Shown here piece by piece: positions 7,638-16,517 of a stretch of 20,561 nt of DNA. The notes under the pieces were generated by a model. That model had not been told where the DNA came from. It saw nothing but the letters and a program-made list of their open reading frames with translations, and searched no databases. The first letter of the stretch is position 1. Every line of letters starts with the position of its first letter. This DNA is from Deinococcaceae bacterium (GTDB taxonomy: Bacteria > Deinococcota > Deinococci > Deinococcales > Trueperaceae), in contig JBDZWC010000045.1 of the NCBI GenBank assembly GCA_040256005.1, forward strand, positions 1 to 20,561, given 5' to 3'. Position numbers and translations under genes: made by a program.

Positions 7638-8891
7638 ATGGCTCAGCGTCCGAGACGTACGTTCGTGGCCGGTATGGTCGTCATGGTAGCGGTCCTGCTG
7701 TCGACGGTTCACGCCCAGACGGTCATCAGCTTCGCCCGTCTAAGCAGTCAGGCGCACAACGCTTACCTGGAGCCTCTCATCGCCGCCTTCGAGGCTGCGA
7801 ACCCGGACGTCGTCATCGAGAACGTCGAGTCCGCGGGCGACGGCTACGAGGGCCTCGCCCAGACCGCCCTCCTGGGGTTGGCGGCCGGCACGCCGCCCGA
7901 CCTCGTCCAGGTCGGCTTCACGCTGCTGCCTACGCTCGTCGCATCGGGGGGTCCGATGGCCCTCGACCCGTTCATGGAGGCGTCGGGCTTCGACAAGTCC
8001 AGCCTGATGCCAGGGATGCTCGAGCTGGGCCAGTTGGGCGGTAGCAACTACATCATGCCCATCGGCGTCAGCACGCCTGTCATGTACTACAACCTCGACC
8101 TGTTCCGGGCCGCCGGTCTCGATCCGGAGTCGCCACCCACCACCTGGGACGAGGCGCGCGAGGCCGCCCAGGCGTTGGTCGACGCCGGCTACCAGGGCAT
8201 CCTGTGGGGCTGGAGCATCACGGGCAACTGGCTCTTCCAGACGATGCTGGAGAGCGCCGGGGGCCGTATGGGCATGGACACGGACGCCGGTCACGTGGCC
8301 ACTTTCAACGACGAGGCCGGCGAGCAGGTGCTCTCGTACCTCCAGGGCCTGGCGCAAGACGGCCTCATGCCCGTCACCGAGGCCACCGTGCAGACCTTCG
8401 CCTCTGGTCAGCTGGGCATGCTCGTCGACTCCAGCTTCCAGAGGGTCAACACGCCACGACAGGTGAACGCCGAGGTCAGGCTCGCGCCCGTACCCATCCC
8501 GGCAGGCGGCGAGACGAGACTGCCCGCCGGCGGCAACGGCGTGATGATGTTCTCGCGCGACCCGGCGAAGCAGGAGGCCGCGTGGCGCTTCCTCGAGTTC
8601 CTCGCCGGGCCCGAGGCTGGCCGCATCGTCGCGGAGAACACCGGCTACACGCCCGGTAACGCGGCGCTACTGGAGACGCTCGCTCAGGAGAACGCCAGCG
8701 ATCCCGACTACGTCCTCGTGCTGCAGCAGGTCGCCAACGTAGTGCCGTGGCATGCCTGGCCCAGCAACAACGGCACGCGCATCTCCCAGGTGATCAAGGA
8801 CATGCAGCTCGAGGTGCTGCTCGGCCGGGCCACGCCGAGCGAGGCGCTCGAGAGAGCTGCGGCGGAGACCAACCAGCTGCTCGCGGAGTGA
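7638..8891 (+). CDS. ABC transporter substrate-binding protein, CUT1/UgpB-like
   Basis: Signal peptide ending VHA-Q with no lipobox. Motifs GTPPDLVQ, MPIGVSTPVMYYNLDLFRAAGLDP, PPTTWDE, PAGGNGVMMF, QEAAWRFLEFL and TGYTP. Strong GGAGG RBS. Confidence 0.9.
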   Translation: MAQRPRRTFVAGMVVMVAVLLSTVHAQTVISFARLSSQAHNAYLEPLIAAFEAANPDVVIENVESAGDGYEGLAQTALLGLAAGTPPDLVQVGFTLLPTLVASGGPMALDPFMEASGFDKSSLMPGMLELGQLGGSNYIMPIGVSTPVMYYNLDLFRAAGLDPESPPTTWDEAREAAQALVDAGYQGILWGWSITGNWLFQTMLESAGGRMGMDTDAGHVATFNDEAGEQVLSYLQGLAQDGLMPVTEATVQTFASGQLGMLVDSSFQRVNTPRQVNAEVRLAPVPIPAGGETRLPAGGNGVMMFSRDPAKQEAAWRFLEFLAGPEAGRIVAENTGYTPGNAALLETLAQENASDPDYVLVLQQVANVVPWHAWPSNNGTRISQVIKDMQLEVLLGRATPSEALERAAAETNQLLAE

Positions 8892-9814
8892 TGGTCCAAG
8901 GCCTGACCCAGCAGGAGACTATCGGGGCGTCCGCCAGCCGGCGGACGCCCCGGCTCCGCTGGCTCGGGCCCTATCTGCTGCTGCTACCGGCCTTCGCTTT
9001 CATCGCGGTGTTCGTGTTCTGGCCGGTCATCTACTCGGTCTACCTGAGCCTCCAGGACTGGCGGCTCGGGTTCGGCTCGAGCCGCTTCGTGGGCGTGCGC
9101 AACTACGTCCGGCTGTTCTCAGCGCCGGACTTCCTCAACGCGCTAAGGGTCACGGTCGGCTACACGCTGGTCACGAGCTGCGGCAGCATCGTACTGGGGC
9201 TGGCGCTGGCGCTGGCGATCCAGCACGTCAGGCGGCTGGGCTCGGCGTGGCAAGCTCTCTTCTTCCTCCCCGTGGCGTCGACGATGGCCGCCATGGCTGT
9301 CGTGTTCCGCTTCATGTTCGACACCCACATCGGCGTGATCAACGCGGTGCTGACACGTATCGGTCTGGACCGGGTGGACTGGCTCAACGGCGACCTGACC
9401 GCCTTCGCGGCCGTCGTCGTGGTGGGCATCTGGAGCAGCGCCGGCTACGCGATGGTGCTGTTCCTGGCGGGCCTGACGACCATCCCGGAGAATCTGCACG
9501 AAGCCGCAGCGCTCGACGGCGCCTCATCTTGGCAGCAGCTGCGCTTCATCACCCTGCCGCTGCTGACGCCGACGACGATCTTCGTCGTCGTCATACTCAC
9601 GCTGCGCTCGCTCGAGAGCTTCGATAACGTCAAGGTCCTCACCGATGGCGGGCCGCTGGGTGCGACGCAGGTGCTCTCGCACCTGCTCTACATAGAGGGG
9701 TTCCGGTACTTCAACACCGGCTACGCATCGGCGCTGGCGACTGTCTTCTTCGTCATGCTCCTGGTGGTCGCTATCGTTCAGATGCGCGCAGAACGATGGG
9801 TGCACTACGAATGA
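8891..9814 (+). CDS. Carbohydrate ABC transporter permease (UgpA/MalF-like)
   Basis: TGATG overlap with the binding-protein gene. Hydrophobic helices, FVGVRNY, and EAA loop LHEAAALDGASSWQQLRFITLPLL. Confidence 0.93.
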   Translation: MVQGLTQQETIGASASRRTPRLRWLGPYLLLLPAFAFIAVFVFWPVIYSVYLSLQDWRLGFGSSRFVGVRNYVRLFSAPDFLNALRVTVGYTLVTSCGSIVLGLALALAIQHVRRLGSAWQALFFLPVASTMAAMAVVFRFMFDTHIGVINAVLTRIGLDRVDWLNGDLTAFAAVVVVGIWSSAGYAMVLFLAGLTTIPENLHEAAALDGASSWQQLRFITLPLLTPTTIFVVVILTLRSLESFDNVKVLTDGGPLGATQVLSHLLYIEGFRYFNTGYASALATVFFVMLLVVAIVQMRAERWVHYE

Positions 9815-9824
9815 CGGGGCACCC

Positions 9825-10655
9825 ATGAGGCGCAGGTACCCCTTGAGCAAGGTCTGGGCCTGGGTGTTCCTGAGCGTCGCCGGGCTGATCACCGTGTTCC
9901 CGTTCCTGTGGATGCTGAGCGCCTCGGTCATGCAGCCGCACGAGATCTTCCGGCCGGGCGTCAACCTCGTCTCGGAACAGCCCACGCTCGCCAACTACGC
10001 CACCGCTCTCACCAAGGCGCCGCTTCTGAGGTTCCTCGGCAACGGGGTGATCGTCACCGTGGCTATCGCCGTTCTGCAGCTAGCCGTGATCGTCCCGGCG
10101 GGCTACGCCTTCGCGCGACTCCGGTTCAGAGGCCACCGCTTCCTGTTCCTGCTCGTGCTGGCCGCGTTAGCCGTGCCGGCGTACGTACGTGCCATCCCCA
10201 ACTTCCTCGCCCTGTCGTCGTGGGGGCTCATCAACACCTACCCGGCTCTGGTCCTCCCGTTCATCGGCTCGGCGTTCGGCGTCTTCCTCATGCGCCAGTT
10301 CTTCAGGCAGTTGCCGGGTGAGCTCATAGATGCCGCCCGGCTCGACGGCTGCAACACCGGCCAGCTCATCTGGCATGTGCTGTTGCCGCTCACGCGGCCC
10401 GCCTTGGCGGCGTTCGCGGTGTTCAGCGTGGTCTCGCACTGGAACGACTTCTTCTGGCCGCTGGTCGTCATCCGCACCACGCGCATGTACACGCCGCCGG
10501 CGGGCATCGCCTTCTTCGCCAGCGCCGACGGAGGGGAGAACTGGGGGGTCATCATGGCCGCGGGGGTGATCGTCATCACGCCACTCGTACTCTTCTTCCT
10601 TCTGGCGCGGCGCCAGTTCGTGGCCTCGCTGGCGCAGTCGGCGGTGAAGGGGTGA
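9825..10655 (+). CDS. Carbohydrate ABC transporter permease (UgpE/MalG-like)
   Basis: Motifs AGYAFARLRFRG, FLMRQFF, EAA loop ELIDAARLDGC, and WNDFFWPL. Confidence 0.93.
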   Translation: MRRRYPLSKVWAWVFLSVAGLITVFPFLWMLSASVMQPHEIFRPGVNLVSEQPTLANYATALTKAPLLRFLGNGVIVTVAIAVLQLAVIVPAGYAFARLRFRGHRFLFLLVLAALAVPAYVRAIPNFLALSSWGLINTYPALVLPFIGSAFGVFLMRQFFRQLPGELIDAARLDGCNTGQLIWHVLLPLTRPALAAFAVFSVVSHWNDFFWPLVVIRTTRMYTPPAGIAFFASADGGENWGVIMAAGVIVITPLVLFFLLARRQFVASLAQSAVKG

Positions 10656-11542
10656 GCGCGCTGCCCGACGGGGCCGGCCCGGGTCCGACGGCGACGTTGG
10701 CTGCGCTCAGGGGTCTGCTCCCTAGCCTCACCGAGGCGGAAGCCTCGGTGGCGCGAACGGTGCTCCGGGACCCTTCGGGCAGCGCCAAGGCTCCGATCGG
10801 TCACCTTGCCCGTTCGGCCGGGGTCTCCACCGCCACGGTCGTGCGCATGGCCAGGGCGTTGGGGTTCACGGGCTACCGGGACTTCCGGACGGCCCTCATC
10901 GCGGACGTCAGCCGCGACCGCAACCCCGTCATGCGCGACGTGGAGCCGGGCGATTCGGCGATCGACGTGGCCCGCAAGGTCTTCATGGCCGACATCGACG
11001 CCATCGCGTCCACCCTGGAGTTGCTCGACGAGAGGGCTTTCGAGCGGGCGGTCTCTTTGCTGGCTGACGCGGAGCGCATCGAGGCGTACGGCATCGGCTC
11101 GAGCGCCCCCGTCGCCGTGGACGCCTACTACCGGCTGCTCCGCCTGGGGCTGAAGGTCGGTGTCGCCACCGACTCGCACATGCAGGCCGTGAGCGCATCG
11201 CTTTTGACGGGGGCTGACGTAGCGCTCGTGTTCAGCCATACCGGCCGAACGTCCGAGACCCTCACCACCACACGCATCGCCCGCGAGGCCGGCGCCAAGA
11301 TCGTGGCGGTCACGTCGTTCCTCGACTCGCCGCTGGCTGGTCAGGTGGACGCGCTGCTGGTGACCGCCACGGCCGAGAGCGCCTACCGGGTCGAAGCCAT
11401 GGCCAGCCGCATCGCGCACCTCTCGATCGTCGACGCCCTGTACGTGGCGCTCGCCAACCGCATGGGCGACCGCGCCGCGGAGGTGTTGGAGCGGAGCAGT
11501 CAGATCATCGAAGAGAAGAGGACGCCCCCACGCAACCCATGA
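10652..11542 (+). CDS. MurR/RpiR family transcriptional regulator (HTH + SIS)
   Basis: HTH: LARSAGVSTATVVRMARALGFTGYRDFR. SIS domain: YGIGSS, FSHTGRT, SPLA, SRIAHL. GTGA overlap with the permease gene. Confidence 0.95.
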   Translation: MSALPDGAGPGPTATLAALRGLLPSLTEAEASVARTVLRDPSGSAKAPIGHLARSAGVSTATVVRMARALGFTGYRDFRTALIADVSRDRNPVMRDVEPGDSAIDVARKVFMADIDAIASTLELLDERAFERAVSLLADAERIEAYGIGSSAPVAVDAYYRLLRLGLKVGVATDSHMQAVSASLLTGADVALVFSHTGRTSETLTTTRIAREAGAKIVAVTSFLDSPLAGQVDALLVTATAESAYRVEAMASRIAHLSIVDALYVALANRMGDRAAEVLERSSQIIEEKRTPPRNP

Positions 11543-13230
11543 CCGAAGCCCTCGAGCTCCTACTGATCAGCGACGTTCACCACGGACCCTCCTTCGAGGC
11601 CAAAGCGGGTCCGCAAGCACTCACCGTCCTGAAGGCCGTGCTGCAACAGCTCGAGCGCGAGCCCGCGACGCTGCTCATCGACCTTGGCGATCGCATCAAC
11701 AACGTGAGCCCCGAGCTGGACGAGAAGTACATGGCCGAGGTGGCAGCGGCGTTCAACACGTCCTCGAAGGAACGTCATCACGTCCTCGGCAACCACGACG
11801 TCAAGCTGCTGAGCCCCACTGACAACGCCCGGATCCTACGCAGCCCCATGGGCAACAGAGCGCTGCGCCGGCGGGAATGGACGCTCATCCTGTGGAGCCC
11901 GCCTCCGACCTACAGGAACGACGGCTGCATCGTGCCTCGCGAAGACATCTCCTGGCTCAGCCGGACGTTGGAGGAACTGGAAGGACCCGCAGCTCTCTTC
12001 ACCCATGTCCCGCTGGGCGGCGGCAGCATGCGCGGCAACTACTACTTCGAGGGGCAACCCGCGGCCGGCGCGACGTACCAGGACCTGGCGGGCCTGCAGG
12101 AGCTGCTGCTTGGCAACGACCACCTCAAGGTGGCCGTGGCGGGCCACGTCCATTGGAACAGCGTCAACGTGATCGACGGTGTCCCTTTCCTGACCGTGCA
12201 GTCCTTAAGCGAGCTTGCGACCACCGCGCCGTCGCCCGCCGGTGCATGGGCCCGCCTGAAGCTTGGGGCGACCACCGTCAACCTGGACGTGCAGGGCCGC
12301 GACAGGTTCCAGGTCACTCTCCCTCTCAGGGAGACGGGGCGGCATTGGTTGAGGCGGCCGGGCATGCCGCCATGGCACCAGCGCAAGCCCATGGCTTCCC
12401 CGGCCGAGGCCAAGGGAGTGATCCTCGACCTGGACGGCGTGATCTACCGAGGTGAGGAGCTCTTGCCGGACGCAGTGGAGTTCGTCACGGAGCTGAAGTC
12501 GCGCGGCATCGGGATCGTGGCCGTCAGCAACCATTCCGGGGCGTCCACCACCGATCTGGCAGCTCGGCTGAGGCGCATGGGCGTGCCGCTGGAGGAGCGC
12601 GAGGTCGTCTCGTCGATCGACGCCACGCTGGCCTACCTCCAAGAGAGGTATACGCCTGGCACCACGGCGCTGGTCCTCGGGAGCGCGGCGCTGGAAGCGG
12701 CGATCCGAGGTGCCGGCTTCACCGCGTCGTCCGACCCGGCGCTGGTGGTCGTCGGCTACCAGGAACAACGCGATGAGCACCAACTCGCGGCGGCAGCGGC
12801 GGCCGTGGCTGGGGGTGCGGTCCTCATCGGCACCAACGCCGATACCTGGTTGCCCTCGTCCAACGGGAGGCGTCGTCCGGAGACAGGTCCTTACCTGACG
12901 ATGGTGGCGGCGATGGGCGGGAGACAGCCCTTCGCCGTGCTGGGGAAGCCGAACCAGTACATCGGCCTGATGGCGCTCCAGCGCCTGGGTTGCTCCGCGG
13001 ACCAGGTGATGGTGGTAGGCGACACGCTGGCCACCGACATAGGCCTGGCCAAATCGATCGGCTCGGCCAGTGCCCTTGTGCTCACGGGCAACACCAGGAC
13101 GACCGACGTACTGGTCCCTCGCCCCGACTTCGTGTTCACCGACCTGGCCGAGCTACTCGCAGCCATGGCCGGCGCGCCGGGAGTCAGCGCCCCAGCGGCG
13201 AGCACCCCTCCCACGAGCCAGGGGGACTAG
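11539..13230 (+). CDS. Fusion of a calcineurin-like metallophosphoesterase and a HAD-IIA (NagD-like) phosphatase
   Basis: N-half has DVHHG, DLGDRIN, GNHD, THVP and GHVH. C-half (from about Met285, ATG 12391) has DLDGVIY, VSNHS, GTNAD, GKP and VVGDTLATDIG. One uninterrupted frame, with ATGA overlap to the RpiR gene. Confidence 0.88.
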   Translation: MTEALELLLISDVHHGPSFEAKAGPQALTVLKAVLQQLEREPATLLIDLGDRINNVSPELDEKYMAEVAAAFNTSSKERHHVLGNHDVKLLSPTDNARILRSPMGNRALRRREWTLILWSPPPTYRNDGCIVPREDISWLSRTLEELEGPAALFTHVPLGGGSMRGNYYFEGQPAAGATYQDLAGLQELLLGNDHLKVAVAGHVHWNSVNVIDGVPFLTVQSLSELATTAPSPAGAWARLKLGATTVNLDVQGRDRFQVTLPLRETGRHWLRRPGMPPWHQRKPMASPAEAKGVILDLDGVIYRGEELLPDAVEFVTELKSRGIGIVAVSNHSGASTTDLAARLRRMGVPLEEREVVSSIDATLAYLQERYTPGTTALVLGSAALEAAIRGAGFTASSDPALVVVGYQEQRDEHQLAAAAAAVAGGAVLIGTNADTWLPSSNGRRRPETGPYLTMVAAMGGRQPFAVLGKPNQYIGLMALQRLGCSADQVMVVGDTLATDIGLAKSIGSASALVLTGNTRTTDVLVPRPDFVFTDLAELLAAMAGAPGVSAPAASTPPTSQGD

Positions 13231-13243
13231 CCGGACCGTACCG

Positions 13244-13849
13244 TCAGGCCGCAGGGTCGGCGGGGGTCGCCACCGGCCGACCCACCGACAGCTCGTCCAC
13301 CAGGTCGGCCATCGAGTCCCGGTACACCGAGTCGGCCTGCACGCCAAGTCCGTCGCCCAGCGCCGTGAAGAAGAGTCGCGCCGCCACGGCCGATGCCACG
13401 TCGAAGATCTCCGTGTCGGTCAAGCCCGCCGCTCGCAGTTCGTCGATGTCAGCGGCGGTCACGGTGTGGGGCGCTTCAGCGACCTTGGCTGCGTAGGCCA
13501 CGATCGCCTTCTCCACCTCGTCGAGGGGTGCCGATGTCAGGTCGCTGGCCATGGCCCGGAGTTCCTCCGCGCTGGAGCCCAACTTGAGCAGCCTCTCGCT
13601 GTGCGCCACGGTGCAGTAGGTGGACCGCCGACGCACGGCGGCGGCCAGAGTGGCAAGCTCGTAGCGCCGCGGATCCATGGCTTGCCAGATCGTGGAGTTG
13701 AGCGACACCCAAGCGTCGTACAGCGCCGGCCTGTGACTGAAGGCCTTCGCGTAGTTCGGCACGTAGCCGAGCCTCCTCCTGGCTCGTTCGTAGGTCTCCG
13801 CAACGGGGCCTTCCGCTTGGTCTTCTCGGACGGTCTCGATGTAAGACAA
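13244..13849 (-). CDS. AhpD-like/carboxymuconolactone decarboxylase family (peroxidase-related) protein
   Basis: Motifs LGYVPNYAKAFSHRP, RRYELATLAAA, RRSTYCTVAH and LRAAGLTDTEIFD. Start inferred at TTG 13849 behind GAGAGGTAGG. The ORF-track extension to 14140 overlaps the protease gene. Confidence 0.85.
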   Translation of the reverse strand: MSYIETVREDQAEGPVAETYERARRRLGYVPNYAKAFSHRPALYDAWVSLNSTIWQAMDPRRYELATLAAAVRRRSTYCTVAHSERLLKLGSSAEELRAMASDLTSAPLDEVEKAIVAYAAKVAEAPHTVTAADIDELRAAGLTDTEIFDVASAVAARLFFTALGDGLGVQADSVYRDSMADLVDELSVGRPVATPADPAA

Positions 13850-13880
13850 GGGCCACCTACCTCTCTTGGTAGGCAGATTA

Positions 13881-13923
13881 GCGGCGGCGGGGGCCCCGTT
13901 GCTAAAGGGCCCGTCGCCGCCGC
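13881..13923 (-). other. Strong GC hairpin 21 nt downstream of the S8 protease stop (possible terminator or mRNA-stability element)
   Basis: GCGGCGGCG pairs with CGCCGCCGC and GGGCCC pairs with GGGCCC, about 15-16 bp with one bulge. No clear U-tract. Confidence 0.5.
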
Positions 13924-13944
13924 GCGATCGGATGTGCCCGGCGC

Positions 13945-16410
13945 TCAGAAGATGAGCAGCCAGACGACGGTCACGGCGTCGCTCCCCACGTTCCCTTCGC
14001 TGTCGGTCACGGTGAGTCGTACCTCGACCGACCACGTGCCTTCCTGGTTGAAGGCATAGGTCGAGTTGGGCGTCCACATGACGGTGGGATCGTTGGTTCC
14101 CACCGGGAAGGCCGTATCGCTTCCCAACTTGACGGTCCACTGGTAGGTGAGGGGGAGGTCGTTCTCGGGGTCGCTCACCGTCGCCGACAGGGTCAGCGGC
14201 TGGTCGATGGGCGGCGCCGGTTCGGGGTGGTCCGACGGGCTGGTGATCTGCACGTTCGGAGGCAGGTTGGGCGGTGGCTCGACGACGTTGACCGAGACCG
14301 TGTCGGTGCCGGTGGCGCCGCGGCCGTCGGTGCCTGTCAACGTGAGGGTGCGAGCGCCGTTGGTCGGGAAGGTCACCTGGACCTCACAGCCGGTGGTGGG
14401 GAAGTCCGCGTCGCCTGGCACGCTGGAGGTCCACACGAGGTCCTCACACTCGAGCTCGCCGCCAGGTTCGTTGACGTCGTCGCCGCTGCCGCGCAACACG
14501 ACGCCGGCTCCCCTGAACACCTCAGCTCCGTCCGTCGGCGCAGTGATCTGCACGGTGGGTGGGTCGTTCACGACGTCGATGGTGATGCTGGCCTGGCTGC
14601 TCGCCCCGCCCTTGTCGGTGGCGGTGGCCGTTATGGTCCTCACGCCCAGGGTCGTGAACGTGTGCTCGACCTGCGTACCGGAACCCAGGTTGCCGTCCAC
14701 GTTCGAGTTCCAGGTGACGGTGCAGCACGGGAAGGCGTCCTCGATGTCGAAGACGGTGGCAGTGAACGTGAGCGGCACGTCCACCGGGACGTCCCCGCTG
14801 CTCGGCGAGAGGGTGATGGAGGGCGGCACGTTCCCGAGTACGTCGAGCACAGCGGCCAAGGCGTTCAGGTGACGCTTCACCCGGGAGTCCGCGTTGGGGT
14901 GGGCGGTGGACATCATCCTGTCTTCGACGTCGTCGGCGCTCTGTCCCGGGTCGGCGGCCCAGATGAGCGCGGCCACGCCAGCGGCGAACGGTGAGGAGAA
15001 GCTCGTGCCGTTGATGACGTGCGCGAAGTTGCTCGTCTGGTCCGGATCCGGCCCCATCCAGAACGTGAACGGCGCGAAGATGTCCACCTGCTCCCCGCCG
15101 TAGTTGGAGTTCTCGGCCTTCTCCGTCTTGTCGACAGCCATGCCGCCGACGCAGATGACGCCGCCGTTCTCGCAGGGCGTCACCCAGGTGCGTTCCCAGC
15201 AGACCCCCAGCGTGCAGCCCTCGCTGTCGACGTTCTTGCCCTCGTTGCCGGCCGCCGCGAACAGGAGCATGCCGGTCTCGCGGAAGGCGATCGTGGCCGC
15301 CTCGAACGGCAACACGGTCCATCCGAGGTACCAGGGGACGGGAGCCGAGTAGCTCATGTTGGCTATGCGCGCCCCTGCGATCCGCGCCTCGCCCAGCGCC
15401 GTGATCGACGTGAAGAAGTCGTAGAGGGTGTACACGAGGACGGCGTCGGCCACCGGACCGGCCGACCCGGCCGTGCCGAAGCCGTTGTCGGCCACCGCCA
15501 TCGCGCTGCTCGCCACCATTTGGCCGTGCCAAGGGCAGTCGTTGCCGCCACCGCACCAGAGCAGGTTGGGAGTGCCGATCGGGTCCTTGAGCGGCACGTT
15601 GGAGATAGCGACCCAGCCCGCCGGCATGTCGTCGTCCGGCGAGAACCCCATGTCGAGTATGGCGAGCTTGATCCTGTTGCCCAGCTTGCCTGCCATGTCC
15701 AGAGCCCGCCAGGCCTCGGCCACGCCGATCTCCTGCTCGGAGAACTGGGCGTGAGTGGGCCAGCTGAACGCGTCGGGGAAGTACGGGATGCCCGACATGC
15801 TCTGCCCGGTTGGCGCCTCTACCGTCGTCCTGTCGGTGAACGGGCCGGCGCCGCCACCTACCCAGTTGATGCCCACGTCCAGGCCGTCCACGGCCTCCTG
15901 ACTGGTGACGCCCAGTAGCTCCAGGCCCTGCTGGCTGGACACGCCGTGCGTCCCGGTCGCGTGCTCATCCAGGCTCCTCAGGTCCTCGGACAGGTCGGCG
16001 GCAGGGTCCGTGGAGGTCGAGGTGTCTACGCGTATCAGGTACTGGGTTGGCAGGCCCGTGATGCCGGCCTCCGTGGGATCGAAGGTGCTGAGCACGGTCC
16101 CGTTCCAACGGGCGAGGAACGCGTCCAGCTCGTCCTGATCGTCGGTGGCGAGCCAGACCTCGTTCGCCACGAAATCGGCTACCTGACCGTCCTCGTTCGC
16201 GACGGCGGCGAGGGGGCGTGGTTCACCGTCCTCGAAGCCGGGGATGCTGTCCCGGGTCGGCGTCACGCTCGGGTCGACCTGGACCTGGATGGGAGGAAGC
16301 GGCGGGCTGGGCTGACCACAGCCCACCATGGCGATGACGAGGACCAGCCCCGCCGCCACGCTCCGCCGATAGGGCACACGGAATCCGCGGAAGTCGAAAG
16401 CCCGAGCCAT
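13945..16410 (-). CDS. S8 (subtilisin-like) serine peptidase lipoprotein with three C-terminal Ig/PKD-like domains
   Basis: ATG 16410 with GGAGG RBS. Lipobox-like IAMVG-C. Catalytic AILDMG, WHGQMV, oxyanion AAGNEG and NGTSFSSP. C-terminal repeats begin PPSITL, PPTVQIT and PPNVQIT. Confidence 0.9.
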   Translation of the reverse strand: MARAFDFRGFRVPYRRSVAAGLVLVIAMVGCGQPSPPLPPIQVQVDPSVTPTRDSIPGFEDGEPRPLAAVANEDGQVADFVANEVWLATDDQDELDAFLARWNGTVLSTFDPTEAGITGLPTQYLIRVDTSTSTDPAADLSEDLRSLDEHATGTHGVSSQQGLELLGVTSQEAVDGLDVGINWVGGGAGPFTDRTTVEAPTGQSMSGIPYFPDAFSWPTHAQFSEQEIGVAEAWRALDMAGKLGNRIKLAILDMGFSPDDDMPAGWVAISNVPLKDPIGTPNLLWCGGGNDCPWHGQMVASSAMAVADNGFGTAGSAGPVADAVLVYTLYDFFTSITALGEARIAGARIANMSYSAPVPWYLGWTVLPFEAATIAFRETGMLLFAAAGNEGKNVDSEGCTLGVCWERTWVTPCENGGVICVGGMAVDKTEKAENSNYGGEQVDIFAPFTFWMGPDPDQTSNFAHVINGTSFSSPFAAGVAALIWAADPGQSADDVEDRMMSTAHPNADSRVKRHLNALAAVLDVLGNVPPSITLSPSSGDVPVDVPLTFTATVFDIEDAFPCCTVTWNSNVDGNLGSGTQVEHTFTTLGVRTITATATDKGGASSQASITIDVVNDPPTVQITAPTDGAEVFRGAGVVLRGSGDDVNEPGGELECEDLVWTSSVPGDADFPTTGCEVQVTFPTNGARTLTLTGTDGRGATGTDTVSVNVVEPPPNLPPNVQITSPSDHPEPAPPIDQPLTLSATVSDPENDLPLTYQWTVKLGSDTAFPVGTNDPTVMWTPNSTYAFNQEGTWSVEVRLTVTDSEGNVGSDAVTVVWLLIF

Positions 16411-16517
16411 GTCGAACCTCCAGTCGAGCTGTAACCACGCTCGCGAGACTGTAGACCTTCGACGACCCTTCGTGTTGCGGACCGGGACCTCGAAGCGTCG
16501 TTGGCCCCAGTCGGCCG

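Noticed and set aside
7638..10655. Assigning ugpB/ugpA/ugpE, and likewise xylB, manA, nagD or atuA elsewhere
   Set aside because: Family-level resemblance only. Gene order and context differ from the characterised systems and substrates are unproven.
13850..14140. N-terminal extension of the AhpD-like ORF
   Set aside because: Overlaps the protease C-terminus and an intergenic hairpin. Family-like sequence starts at LSYIETV.
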